Assembly (NCBI RefSeq): GCF_006345805.1
Contig: NC_043001.1
Coordinates: 24,676,001-24,740,000 of the forward strand
From: Octopus sinensis
Taxonomy: Eukaryota
Reading direction: 5' to 3'
DNA: 64,000 nucleotides
Below are positions 1 to 12,282 of the stretch, one piece after another. Positions within the stretch are counted from its first letter, which is position 1; each line of letters begins with the position of its first letter. Both the position numbers and the translations under genes were made by a program. The notes beneath the pieces were generated by a model. The model was not told where the DNA came from. It searched no databases and saw nothing but the letters and a program-made list of their open reading frames with translations.

Positions 1-98
1 AAACAATGATAATAATGATATATATATATATAAGAATTTTTTGCATAATAAGATAAAAACCAAGGGTGTGTAGATATTAGAACATTTATAGATAGAAG

Positions 99-150
99 GT
101 CTTACAGCTGTTTCCAGGATATTTATTAATTATATCCCTTCATCGGAGAC
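99..150 (-). ncRNA. Minimal type-I hammerhead ribozyme motif (U4C core variant) in a PLE-like terminus
   Basis: Minus strand reads gtct|CCGATGA|a gggatat-aattaataa-atatcct g|GAA|ACAGCTGT|A|agac. Helix I is gtct/agac, stem II has 7 bp, helix III is the palindrome ACAGCUGU, and the cleavage triplet is GUA. A ~65-nt tail then runs into (TA)n at ~17-31. Confidence 0.7.
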
Positions 151-997
151 GGTGTGAGAGAATAGTTAAGTAGTAGTTAATTTAGATGTGATACAAAATA
201 GAGAGTGAGGTGGAGGAAAGAAAACAGATGTGAGATATGTAGGGATATTGAATTTGTAGATCCATTTTTGAGGCAGAATCGTATATATGTAAGATTCCAA
301 TACCTTATGAGAAAAATCCAACAGCATTTAAAATATAGACAGACAATCAAAGGGGAAAATTTGGTAACTGAGACAAAATGAATAATTTCCGACATAATTT
401 TCTCCCTATTTGTTTGAAATCATTACATTGTGAGTATTGCATTATCATTTTATACTGTTGCATTAACTCTGGAAGTGAAAATTGGTTAGCATAGCTGTTT
501 TGTTGATGGTGGGAGAATATGAAACATAGTCAGATGACAGGTACTTTTCATCTAGAAATTTGGCCTCAAATTTGTCCTGATTGTTATTGAGGTTGCTAAT
601 AAAATATCTGGATTATTTCTGGTGTCTAACAATCAATATTCTTTTCTCTGTTGGATTCCAAGTCAATCTTTTCCCACACTAATGTATAATTTGATAATTT
701 TCAATTTTCATAAAATAATGTCTAAAAGGGAACACAATGAGTAACGACTAATTTCAATAATTTCTTCCTTTGATTGTTTGGTGCATAAATATATCAGTAA
801 GAGGGCCACTGCAGCTAATCATGAAGAAGCTATACAGAATAATTTATGTTGAGTTTTTAGATTCAGTTATGATTTGATTGTATAATATTCTTAGAATGAC
901 ATTGTATGGTAGGTGTAAGAAGCCAGATCTGGTTGGTTTTAGTATAAAATAGGTATAATATTTGGGCTAGATTTGGCTGGTTTAAATGCTAAAGACC

Positions 998-1460
998 CTT
1001 CCCTGGTCATATAGACTCTCAGGGCCAGTTTTCTGGTTTTTGTGGTGCATGTGTTTATCCCCTGGATGGGATACCAGTCCATTGCAGTATTACTCATTTT
1101 CACCAGCTGAGTGAACTGGAGCAACATGAAATGAAGTGTTTTGCTCAAGAACACAGTGTGTTGCCTAGTCCAGGTGAAGGCATATGGCTCAGTGATTTGA
1201 TTCCTAAGCTGGATTCTGTTGTGTTCTTGAGCAAGACACTTTATTTCATGTTGCTCCATTTCACTCAGCTGTAGAAATGAGTTGCAACATCACTGACGCC
1301 AAGCTGTGTCAGCCTTTGCCTTTCAGTTGGATAACATTGTTGGTGTGGAGAGGAAAGGTCGATGTGCATGGGCAACTGCTGGTCTTCCACAAAACAACCT
1401 TGCCCAGGTATGTACCTAAGAGAGAAACTTTCTAGGTGTGACTGAAAGGGTCTTTACCCC
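998..1460. mobile_element. Two head-to-head copies of a tRNA-derived SINE (family E)
   Basis: 1090-1155 is the reverse complement of 1219-1281 (gtgttcttgagcaa...gttgctcca..tcactcagctg...aaatgagt). The same core recurs at 4325, 13535, 36370 and 61920. Confidence 0.7.
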
Positions 1461-2299
1461 TTTACTCCTTTTACTCAGTCCATGAATTGAAGCCACAATT
1501 TTATGATCATGAGGCCAGCATCCTAACCTTTTGGTTATGTACCTTCACAAATACCCAAGCATTAAACATAAATGAGCTAAGAAAAATAACTCTGAGGGGC
1601 ATGCTTGATTTCCTAATTCAAACCAAAAATAAAATTATCCCTTTTGGTGAATTAGTATTTATTCCCCAGCTCTGAAGCACCTACTGACTTTTCATATTGA
1701 AGCTCATAAAAAAATTTAAAATTTCTTCACAAAGGTTTTCTCCTACCCTAATCCATATATTGGACTGCTATTTTCTCTTTGCTTTTCTATCACTAGTACA
1801 ACAGCTGTTGTTCTACTGATCTTATTAATCCTCTCCCACTTACAATCAAACTCCCTTGATATACTTACACACCATCTGTTATCTTTGCTGAATCATGTTC
1901 CCAAAATCCACAACTAAGCACCCACACTTTGTTTCTTTCTTAAAGTGCTATGACTTCAACTACTAATGTGTAGCAGTTCAGCTTGATTTTTATTTCTTTT
2001 ATATTTAATTTTAACTATTCACAATATGTGAATAGTAAGCATCATCAGTTGCCAGTTTCCAGTGGGCCAACCCCCTGGTTCACTGTGTTTCTGATAATGA
2101 AAATAATAAGAAAGTGTTTGTAACTCCATGTGTAGAACTGATATCCCGAAGGATTTCATTCATGAATCACCATTTTTCATTTTTACTTTATTGCCAGTGT
2201 TTATATCTCTTACAATTGTGCATTAACAAATGATGTCTACATATACTCATACACATGCACGTACACACACACACACACACACATGTGCAAAGAATAAGC

Positions 2300-2440
2300 T
2301 TCAGCCTAGTTTTGTTTTTTGTCTAATAAATTCCACTCACAGATACTCATCAACTTAAAACTTGCCCAAGGTGGCTGTGCAGTGGAATTGAACCAAGAAC
2401 TACAGGGTTGCCAAGAAAACTTCTTAACCACATGGCCATA
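2300..2440 (-). mobile_element. SINE family B head fragment (diverged)
   Basis: ccactcaca...cttgcccaaggt...gcagtggaattgaacc...aaccaca matches the reverse complement of the B head. Confidence 0.55.
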
Positions 2441-2659
2441 AGTGCACCACTAATACTCATTTCAATATTAATGTTTTTTTTATATAATAAGCCAATCTAA
2501 GAAAGCGGAGCACTCACCATGACCCCTACTGATACTCTCAGTTAGACAATAAGCCAAGGGTTCAATAATCCATATCCTGTCACCAGCAAACCAACCATGC
2601 ATGTTATGTCATTGAATACATCAATCTATCTCTGTGGAAGTACTACCAGTCATCTTCAC

Positions 2660-2800
2660 TGTCATTTTTAATGTCCTGTCTTCCATGCTTTAGATGAAAT
2701 TTATTGTGGCAGATTTCCTGCAGTTAGATGCTCTTCCTGTTGCCAACCCTTTCCTGTTACCAAACAAGGTAATATTTTACCTTGGCCAGTCATGTTTTTC
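2660..2800 (-). mobile_element. RTE-tail SINE fragment (family C)
   Basis: ttaatgtcctgtcttccatgct...cagttagatgctcttcctgttgccaacc matches the C tail. Confidence 0.55.
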
Positions 2801-2837
2801 ATGGAAGACATATAAACAAACTACATCGCCTACATGC

Positions 2838-3243
2838 AATCTGGCAGAATCATTAGCACGCCAGGCGAAATGCTTAGCGGTATTTCATCTGCTGTTACAT
2901 TCTGAGTTCAAATTCCGCCGAGGTCGACTTTGCTTTTCATCCTTTCAGGGTCGATTAAATAAGTACCAGTTACACACTGGGGTCAATATAATCAACTTAA
3001 TCCGTTTGTCTTTGTTTGTCCCTTCTGTGTTTAGCCCCTTGTGGGTAGTAAAGAAATAGGTATTTCGTCTGCCGTTACATTCTGAGTTCAAATTCCGCCG
3101 AGGTCAACTTTGCCTTTCATCCTTTCGGGGTCGATTAAATAAGTACCAGTTATGCACTGGGGTCGATATAATTGACTTAATCCGTTTGTCTGACCTTGTT
3201 TGTCCCTTCTGTGTTTAGCCCCTTGTGGGTAGTAAAGAAATAG
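2838..3243 (+). mobile_element. tRNA-derived SINE family A (Meta-like central domain), internal dimer
   Basis: Head ctggcagaatcattagcacgccaggcgaaatgc, B-box gagttcaaattcc, core gtcgactttgcttttcatcctttcagggtcgattaaataagtaccag. The body repeats after aagaaatag at ~3059. Confidence 0.85.
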
Positions 3244-3339
3244 ATGCTCACTTACAACTATCTTGTGATGTCAGGAAAAGGGTACACTTACACACACACA
3301 TACACACATACACAACAGGTGTTTACCCACACATATACA

Positions 3340-3496
3340 CAACAGGTTTCTTTCAGTTTCTGTCTATGCAATCTACTCAAAAGGCTTTGGTTAACCTGAG
3401 TCTATAGTAGAAGACACTCGTCTAAGGTGCCATGCTGTGGGACTGAACCCAAGACCACAATGTTTAGGGAAACAAACTTCTTAATCACACAGCCAC
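3340..3496 (-). mobile_element. SINE family B head fragment
   Basis: tttcagtttctgtcta...tatagtagaagacac...gggactgaaccc...cacacagccac. Confidence 0.7.
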
Positions 3497-3865
3497 GTTT
3501 TCACCTTTGTAAACAACAAATTCTTTCATTAGCTGAATTCATTTTATCCCACAGGAAACTTACCTGCTGTCGTCTGATATCCTATTCTAACTTATCTACA
3601 AAGGCCACATACATCACATACGCCATATGGTTTAGAATGGATTAGCATTAACTTCAATAGCTATCCACCATACAGATTCTGCAGCCTAGGAGAGCTTAAA
3701 AGCCTATAAAGAACTCTGTCTTCCAACCAACAAATAAAAAAAACTCACTGAGAAAATCCAGCTATATTAAGTTACCTTATGTCGTCTTCTTTTATAGATA
3801 TTTCATCCTTTTTGTGAATGTTTTCCCTTACTTCTCCTTCTGTCTCACACACCTGTCTTTTTCTT

Positions 3866-4287
3866 ATTTCTTATTTCTTTACTGCCCACAAGGGGCTACA
3901 CACAAAGGGGACAAACAAGGACAGACAAATGGATTAAGTCGATTACATCAACCTCAGTGCATAACTGGTACTTATTTAATCAACCCCGAAAGGATGAAAG
4001 GCAAAGTTGACCTCGGTGGAATTTGAACTCAGAACATAGCAGCAGACGAAATACCTATTTCTTTACTACCCACAAGGGGCTAAACACAGAAAGGACAAAC
4101 AAGGACAGACAAATGGATTAAGTCGATTACATCAAACCCAGTGCGTAACTGGTACTTAATTTATCGACCCCGAAAGGATGAAAGGCAAAGTTGACCTCGG
4201 CAGAATTTGAACTCAGAACGTAGTGGCAGACGAAATACCGCTAAGCATTTCGCCCGGCATGCTAACTTTTCTGCCAGCTCGCTGCCT
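3866..4287 (-). mobile_element. SINE family A, internal dimer
   Basis: Reverse complement of 2838-3243, with the same dimer junction (agacgaaatac|ctatttcttt at ~4054). Confidence 0.85.
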
Positions 4288-4324
4288 TGTGCCACCACAG
4301 ATAGAGACTTTGTCTCTTTGTGTG

Positions 4325-4505
4325 GTGGCACATGACTTAGTGGTTAGGGTTCAACTCCTGATCATAAGATTGTGATTTAGATTCCTGGACAAGGTGATGT
4401 GTTGTATTCTTGAGCAAAACACTTCATTTAACCTTGTTCCAGCCCACTCAGCTCGCAAAAATGAATAATCTTGTGATGAACTGGCATCAGGTGGGGGAAT
4501 ATATG
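4325..4505 (+). mobile_element. SINE family E
   Basis: ggcacatgacttagtggttaggg...attcctggac...tcttgagcaaaacacttcattt...cactcagc. Confidence 0.7.
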
Positions 4506-4581
4506 AAGAGCTTACCTTTTAAAACCAGATATATGCATCAGAATGACTTTTGAATAATTGTTTAAAACAATAAATCTTTAA

Positions 4582-4716
4582 CTCTTTTACTTGTTTCAGT
4601 CATTTGACTGCAGCCATGCTGGAGCACCGCCTTTAGTTGAGGAAATCGACCCCAGGACTTATTTTTTGTAAGCCTAGTACTTATTCTATCGGTCTCTTTT
4701 GCCGAACCGCTAAGTT
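4582..4716 (-). mobile_element. SINE family B 3' tail
   Basis: cttttacttgtttcagtcatttgactgcagccatgctggagcaccgcctttag...gccgaaccgctaagtta. Confidence 0.8.
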
Positions 4717-5294
4717 ATTTTTACTTTTCTCTATCACACTACTGGTAAATGGCATAGTCCAGTATGTCTTGACATTGATAAGTTATAAATCTGATATGGC
4801 AACAGTCAAACTGATAATTGATAGAAATATTAGAATTGATTTTTACCAGAGAGAGTTTAGTGCCGAAAGTTTTATCGTTCAAATCTTATGTGGTTTCACT
4901 TAGGTTTCTCACTTATCTAAAATTAATAAGATGAATAACAAATAAACTAAAAATGTGGAAAGGAAATCAGTTTCAGATTGAAATATTGTTTAAGTAGCTA
5001 CCCAAATAACTTCATTACAGATAAACATCTTATCTTGGTGAGAATATGTCTCATATCTACTTGATATTATGAAAACTTAGGAAAATCTGCAAGACTATGC
5101 CGAAGGATGATTTAACAGGTAAAAAAGAAAATATAAGCAATAATAATGTGATTAGAATAAACTGGAATCGGATAAACAGATTAACTGATATCTTATTATA
5201 GGGAACGCTCTAATATGATATGATGTTTATGTATTTGTTTCGAAAGATTCCGGTGAAATCGTGTGTTGAAATAGATATTGTTATGCTTGGGGAT

Positions 5295-5704
5295 TCTTTT
5301 ATTTGTTCCAGTCATTTGACTGTGGCCATGCTGGAGCACCACCTTTAGTTGAAAAAATCGATCCCAGGACTTATTCTTTGTAAGCCTAGTACTTATTCTC
5401 TTGGTCTCTTTTGCCGAACTGGTATGTTACGGGGACGTAAACACACCAACATCAGTTGTCAAGTGATGGTGGGGATACAAACACAGAAATACAGACACGC
5501 ACACACATATATATATATACGATGTGTGTGTATATATATATATATATACGACAGGTTTCTTTCAGTTTCTGTCCACCAAATCCACTCACAAGACTTTGGT
5601 CAGCCCAAGGCTATAATAGAAGACACTTGCCCAACGTGCCACATAGTGGAACTGAACCCAGAACCATGTGGTTGGGAAGCAAATTCCTTACCACAGCCAC
5701 TCCT
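5295..5704 (-). mobile_element. Full-length tRNA/CORE-like SINE family B
   Basis: A-box-like gtggctgtggtaag, B-box-like ggttcagttcc, CORE-like gggcaagtg, internal microsatellite, tail ...gactgaaacaa. Confidence 0.85.
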
Positions 5705-5783
5705 GGTCATATTTTGCCAGTTAAACACACACTATATATTTAGTCCTCACTTCAGCTTTATTATTCTTATTTTGGTGTCCTCC

Positions 5784-5826
5784 GTCTGAAATCTTTCATC
5801 ACACATTCTGTGACGTCATCAGCAAC
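5784..5826 (-). ncRNA. Hammerhead-like motif (intact core, weak helix I/III)
   Basis: Minus strand reads gttg|CTGATGA|c gtcaca-gaatg-tgtgat|GAA|agatt|t|cagac. A 6-bp stem II directly abuts GAAA. Confidence 0.45.
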
Positions 5827-5997
5827 TCATGTCATCTCACATGTCTCTTTTTGTTTTGTTTATTCCAAAGAGGAGACACATAGGATAGAGAGTTGCTGAA
5901 GAAGTTACTACTTTGACTGGAATGGAATGGTAGAGATGTTTATATTGTCTGCTGACAATATGACTGGTTATTCTGCACCTTCTGCACCTTTGAAGAA

Positions 5998-6560
5998 CAT
6001 CATCATCATCATCGTTTAACGTCCGTTTTCCATGCTAGTATGAGTTAGATGGTTTGACCGGAGTCTGGGAAGCCAGGAAGCTGCACCAGGCTCCAGTCTA
6101 ATCTGGCAGTGTTTCTACAGTTGGATGCCCTTTCTAATGCCAACCACTCTGTGAGTGTTGTGGATGCTTTTTACATGCCACCAGCACAGGTGCCAGGGGA
6201 AGCTGGCAATGGCCACAATCAGTTGGTGTCTTTTACGTGCCACCAGCATGGAAGCCAGTCAAGGCGGCGCTGGCATCGGCCATGTTCGGATGGTGCTTTT
6301 TCCATGCCACCAGCACGGGTATCACAACTACAATTTCCATTTGTTTTTATTTTGATGTTGATGTACTTGACTCAATAGGTCTCCTCAAGCACAGCAGGTT
6401 GCCCTATGATCCCAGCTGGGGCTGCTATGTGAAGCTGGTGCAGGAAACAGCCATGAACTCACGTTATTTGTTGGGTCTTCACAGTCACAGCATATCTCCA
6501 GAGGTCTCGGTCTATGGCCATAAAATCCTTGCTCAAAACCAATTCCTGTCCAAGCCATGC
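5998..6560 (-). mobile_element. RTE-tail SINE (family C) with internal tandem units and 5' extension
   Basis: (CAT)n-cgtttaacgtcc...ctacagttggatgcccttt... plus repeated tttacatgccaccagcac units. Confidence 0.75.
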
Positions 6561-6579
6561 TAGCAGGGAAAATTAACAT

Positions 6580-6788
6580 TCTTTTCTACTCTAGGCACAA
6601 GGTCGGAAATTTTTGGGGAGGGGGCCAGTTAATTAGATCAACCCCAGTATGCAACTGGTACTTAATTTATCAACTCCGAAAGAATGAAAAGCAAAGTCGA
6701 CCTCGATGGAATTTCAACACAGAACGTAGCGGCAAACGAAATACCACTAAGCATTTCATCCAGTGTGCTAACGTTTCTGCCAGCTCAA
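6580..6788 (-). mobile_element. SINE family A variant with alternative tail
   Basis: A-type head and core joined to the tail ctctaggcacaagg...ttttggggagggggccag. Same variant at 52940. Confidence 0.75.
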
Positions 6789-7379
6789 GACCTCCCAGGA
6801 AAATGAACATTAAACAAGGTAACAAGTAAATAATGAATCAGTTTTGCAGTTTAGATGCTCATCTATCTTTAGTCTTATTCACTTTTTGTCTTACTTGACT
6901 GACAAAAAAATTAGCCAGATTGACAGAGAAATGTGATGGAATCCATAAAATATTAAAATGAGGCAGTATTTTTTTATTATGTAGATGAAACAATCCAAAT
7001 AACAAGCAATCTCTATATGATTGCTTGACTTGGTAGAAATAGCAGTCAAATCTTCTTCAAATTACATCTCAACACCTTAAATAATGAAAGTCACATTCAA
7101 TAATGTAATCGCATCTGGATATATGTGTGTCTATGTGAGTGCATGTGTGTGTGTGCATGTGTGCAGGCGCATACATGCGTGCATGCCTCTGCTTGTGTTT
7201 CTCTGTGAGTGTGTGTGCATGTGTGTGTTATTTATCCAATGTAGCATCTCTTACATTAAGATGGCAAAATGTGAAGAATATATATAATATAAATAATATC
7301 TGTAAATTAATGTTACCATTATTCAATAGCCAAGATAAAACTTTCTTTTGTTATCTTACCGTTTTTACCAATAATATAA

Positions 7380-7388
7380 ATAATATAT

Positions 7389-7419
<31 letters not shown>

Positions 7420-7423
7420 TATA

Positions 7424-7467
<44 letters not shown>

Positions 7468-7530
7468 ATATATAAATATATGCATATATACATACATATA
7501 TGTACATACATATGTATATTTACATGCATA
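7380..7530. repeat. (TA)n microsatellite
   Basis: Seen directly. Confidence 0.95.
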
Positions 7531-7534
7531 TATA

Positions 7535-7938
7535 GGTACAGGACAACAACAAAAATGTTGAACACAATGAGAAATAAAAACATAAAAACAAAAACATAGA
7601 AACAAACTTTTTTTCAAACAAGGAAAAAATACATAGAAACGAGACATACAACATTAAGAATATTCCCCTTCTTCAGTTGTCCCTGTTTCATCTACTCCAC
7701 GTTTTGAAGGCAAGGACAAGACATGACTTCATTGAGACAGTCCTTCCCGCAAAGCAAATTAAACAAAATTTGGGATTTTTTTTGCGGAGGGTGAAAGTGA
7801 TAAAACAAGAACAGGACAATGAGAAGAAAACAGTAAAAACAATAAAACAGCAAAAGACAGAACAATGAGAACAAAACAGTAAAAACAATAAAACAGCAAA
7901 AGACAGAACAATGAGAACAAAACAGTAAAAACAAACGA
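7535..7938 (-). mobile_element. Short (TA)n-embedded element, PLE-terminus-like, with ~46-bp internal tandem repeat
   Basis: Flanked by (TA)n on both sides. acaatgagaacaaaacagtaaaaacaataaaacagcaaaagacaga occurs ~2.6 times at 7815-7935. Confidence 0.5.
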
Positions 7939-8329
7939 TATATATATCCTGAAAAAGAAGCTGGGATGAAAATGGCTATAATGCCATTGATCATCATTGA
8001 TCTGCTCAGTGAAGGTTGACCTGGCATTTAAACAACAACAAACTATTGATAAAATGCAATGCCTTTTTTATATCTTCTGAGTTTCTTGTTCTTTGTTCAG
8101 GAATTAATTCTCTCATTTAGTTATAAAGTTTTATTGCTTCCCTTGGGCTTGGCTTCAATTGGTAGAAATGGAACTGCAAATCTCTGATTGTATTTTCTGT
8201 TTGAAGCTACGTTCATGAGAATTTTGCCTAATTATTTCTTGTTCTACCCCTACTATGCAGCTTATTCAGTATTGATCCCTTTTATTTCCCTTTGTGTGTA
8301 TGTTGTTATTTTTTTTTCTATCATTTTCA

Positions 8330-8720
8330 TCTGCTTTGCAAGGCCTTCGACTATGTTACAATGACATGTTACTTGGAACTTTGAAAATGATTGAAGACAA
8401 ATCTCTGTTGATTTTTCAACCAAAATAGCCTTGATATCAGAGTAAAGGGCCCACTAGACAGTAAAATATAACACACAAATGAATGGTTTCTCAATATAGG
8501 ATCAATAGAACAAAACAGAGAAGTGAACAAACTGACAGAAAGAATTTGAATTAAAGGATTGCTACTAAAGCTAAATGATTAGTGATGGAATGTTCTAACA
8601 GCCGAATGTTCTCTGCAGAAAGAGCATCTAGAGAGTTCAGGAAGCATGTAATGTGTTTGAAAACTTAATTAATATTTGCAGGCTATAGAATGTTAATGAC
8701 ATCAAAGTAATTATGATAAT
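8330..8720 (+). pseudogene. Highly decayed non-LTR (RTE-like) reverse transcriptase fragment
   Basis: tttgcaaggccttcgactatgtt resembles the F-x-KAFDxV motif. The rest is heavily disrupted. Confidence 0.3.
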
Positions 8721-9683
8721 AAAACTTTGTGTTACATCAAAGCTCAGTAGCTGATTGTTTTTATAGATTTGCTGTTTGCCATGACATAATCTTAGATCAT
8801 TTCAATGCAACAGTTTTATCAAGTATTGTTTAACATTAACACCAAAATTAAGTGGAATGGTTAATTAACACCAAAATTATATGGAGTTGGTAATTAACAC
8901 TGAAGTCAGTTGTAAAACGAGGTACCAATTCTTGACCCTTGAACTGTGTTTTTATAATTCCCTATTGGTACAGTGTTCTGCTTTTGAGCAACACATTTCA
9001 TTTCTAATTGCTTCTGTTTATCTAATAACAAGTTTGATGATACATAACAATGTCTAGCTTCAAAGTTGCCTTGTTTCTGTCTGCTGATTTCACATCCATC
9101 TAGAAAATAAATATCCAATATCTAATAAAATGGAATGCTCACCAAAGAAAGACAATTTTTTCTTATTCACTTTTAGTTACAGATCTCATTTAATTATTCT
9201 GAGTTAGCTCCAGTAAACCTGGAGCTAACTTTGTCAGGTCAAATATTTCTGAGAATGATTAGTGAGTATTTAATATACTTGGTACAAAAATAAATAATAT
9301 TGTTTAAATATATATTAAAAATCAATAACTGAAGGTCATAGATTATTTGGTGAAGAATACAGTCAATTAGTTGTGAGCTGACCCCTGCAAGTTAGTCAGA
9401 CATTTATTAAGCAATGAACCAGCTGTCTACAACTTTGAGCTGTGCCTAGGTTTGGTGAGAAGTAGGTCTTTGCTTCAGCAAAATGAACTTGGAGAGTTCG
9501 GGATTTACTGGTGTTCTGCACTGTGAGCATAAGCAGCAAGAAGTATTTTTTATTACAAAACTCTGCGTCCATAAGAAGCTGTGTGAAGATGGAAAAAAAA
9601 AATGTAAAGTGTGTTTGAAGGTTCTAGTCACACTTAATTTCCCTGGGATAGCTGACAACATGAGAATGTATGTATGTATGTAT

Positions 9684-10224
9684 GAGTGCTACTGGTAACA
9701 TGTAACCCAGTACAACCTGTTGCATGGTCAGGTCGTCGGCGACTAAACCAGCAACCCCACCAAGCTTGCTTGGTGAGGAGGGTGTTTATTGGTCACCCTG
9801 CAGGATGAAAAACAAAACCCGTCAAAGGGCGCAGGAACTCTTGAGAATCAACGGCCATCCAATAAATGTCTTAAGGCTGTGTCATGCGCGGGGACATAGA
9901 AATAATCAGACTGAATACCCGATCGCATGGTTAAACCATTGGGAGTGAAGGATTCCTAGCCTTTGTCAGGGCATCCTTCTAGGAGAAGGTAACTCAGATA
10001 ACTGGGATAACTCCAACGTAAAACCTGTGGCTCAGTGGTTACCGATGATGTTGACTTGTTCTTCTTTTCGGACTATGGCTGCTGTTGCTTAGTGAGTGAG
10101 ATTGACTCAGTGCACAGCCTTTCCTCACTTAAAAAAAAAAACCTTCCTGCACAGGCATTGCACGATAACAACACTGATTAAGCTTTGTGCAATGGCCATA
10201 CTCGATAACGAGGGGGCAGCCACC
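9684..10224 (+). mobile_element. Non-autonomous bipartite RTE derivative (RTE 5'UTR-like part plus RTE 3' end)
   Basis: RTE 5'UTR-type motif ggcatccttctaggagaaggtaactc at 9970-9995. The 3' end gcaatggccatactcgataacgagggggcagcca resembles the RTE 3' end at 25340-25375. Flanked by (GTAT)-type repeats. Confidence 0.6.
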
Positions 10225-10653
10225 CTGTATGTTTGTACGTATTTATGTTTGTGTGAGTGTGTGTGTGAAAGAGAGAGAGAGAGAGAGAGAAAGAGGGAGT
10301 TTAATTTTGTCACTTTGCTGTTTATGTTCAGCATCATTAATTCTTGATTCTTTTTGCTGTGATGTTATTCTCTGAATAAAGAACTTAACATAGATGTATG
10401 CATAACATACTCTTGTTAACTTTATTCTGGGGTTCTTTGATAAAACTAGTATTTCTTTCTGTTAGTGTTGGACTCACTTCATTCACTGTACTATGTCTTT
10501 TGAATAATCAACAGATATTTCTTAAAAATATGCTCTGTCTTTCGTTTATAATGTTAATGTAATTTTTACCTGTGACTGTTTGGCAAAGATTGCTGATTGT
10601 ATGTAATGTTGTACTTAATACTTTAGCTTTTATATTATTTATTTGGGTGTATG

Positions 10654-11040
10654 TAGGAGTGGCTGTGTGGTAAGTAGCTTGCTTGTGAACCACATGGTTC
10701 CAGGTTCAGTCCCACTGCATGGCACCCTGGGCAAGTGTCTTCTACTATAGCCTCAGGCTGACCAAAGCCTTGTGAGTGGATTTGGTAGACAGAAACTGAA
10801 AGAAACCTGTCGTATATATGTATACATATATATGTATGTGTGTGTCTGCGTTTGTACTCCCAACATCACTTGACAACCGATGCTGGTGTGTTTATGTCCC
10901 CATAACTTAGCGGTTTGGCAAAAGAGACTGATAGAATAAGTACTAGGCTTACAAAGAATAAGTCCTTGGGTTGATTTGCTCGACTAAAGGCTGTGCTCCA
11001 GCATGGCCACAGTCACATGACTGAAACAAGTAAAAGAGTA
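10654..11040 (+). mobile_element. Full-length SINE family B
   Basis: aggagtggctgtgtggtaagtagc...gactgaaacaagtaaaagag. Confidence 0.9.
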
Positions 11041-11159
11041 GAGAGTACATTAGTTACCCACTTAGTACTAGAAATTGTTACCACTGCTGGTTGGCATAGC
11101 AGCAGGGTCATTGAATTGTATCAAGAATATAGACAAAACATTGAAAATAAATTTACAAG

Positions 11160-11400
11160 GACAAAAGCACTTGTGCTAGCACCACATTAAAAGCACTATT
11201 GTTGGTGCCACATAAAAATCACCCTGTTAACTCTGTGGAATGGCTTGTGTTTGGAAGGGCATCAAGCCATAGAAAACATGCCAAAACAGACAATAGAGTC
11301 TGGTGTGGACCCTGGCCTTACCAGCCCCAGTCAAGCCATCCAACCCATACCAGTATGGAAAACAGACATTAAATGACGATGAAGATGATGATGGTGATGA
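11160..11400 (+). mobile_element. RTE-tail SINE (family C) with 2-3 units of the ~25-bp repeat
   Basis: gcaccacattaaaagcac / ggtgccacataaaaatcac, followed by the tail ending ttaaatgacgatgaagatgatg. Confidence 0.75.
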
Positions 11401-12282
11401 AATACCAAATTCCAGTGCTATCTTGAAAGTAACTTGCTTCAAAATGTAATAAATAAGTGAGTAAAAATCCAATATTGTGTACTTAGGGTATGCAGTGATC
11501 TCATAGGAGATGTGAAATCTTTAAAAGATCAAAAGTAAACCAATATTTTAAATGCATTTGGTGTACCAGAGTACCTAGTTGTTCTGTAGGTTAGTCTGCT
11601 ACCTAATAAGTGCTGCAAGTAATTTAGTAGCTGAAGTAAGAAAAATGTGACAAAGCAAAAGACTGTTGCTATCTCTATTAGCTATAGAGAGTTTTTCTTT
11701 GTGTTCAGAAAATAAAGTGATTGAAATAATCAAAAAATATTGTAAAGGTTAGTAAAACATTGTATTGAATGTAGAAGATATGCAGAAAAGGGAGAGGAGA
11801 ATAGTTGTGTAAGTTTAACTGAATTAGATATAAGATATTAACTTTCATGAAAGACTGAGTTAGCTGAGAAGGTAATTAGGAATCAAAAACATTAACCAAT
11901 GTGTACAGAAGAGATTACGATGCTGGTAAAATAACGTAAATATAAATGGGTGATAGTTTCTGATAAATAAATGAAATACAACATGAGAATAAGAGCTAAA
12001 GTTGTACCTCAAAACATAGGATCTCATTAAGAAGGATATTTTTGAATAAAGTTTTCATGATCAATAAAATAAGCACTGAAGAAATAACGTGGCTGATTCA
12101 TCCAGCTATCCACTCTCATGCAAAGATACTTTTGTAGTAATTTGTTAAAAGATATTGCTAACATGGCATAGCTGCCTTCCAGTTATATTTACTTGTTCTA
12201 GCTGACTATTGGAGAACTATTGGAAATATTTGATTTATGTATTAGATGTTTATACATTTGATAAATCAAGTCTATTTTAAGA

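Noticed and set aside
7650-7740. HHR-like pieces on the minus strand (aaaacgt, ctgaagaagggg)
   Set aside because: Core elements are mutated or out of order. A consensus would be needed.
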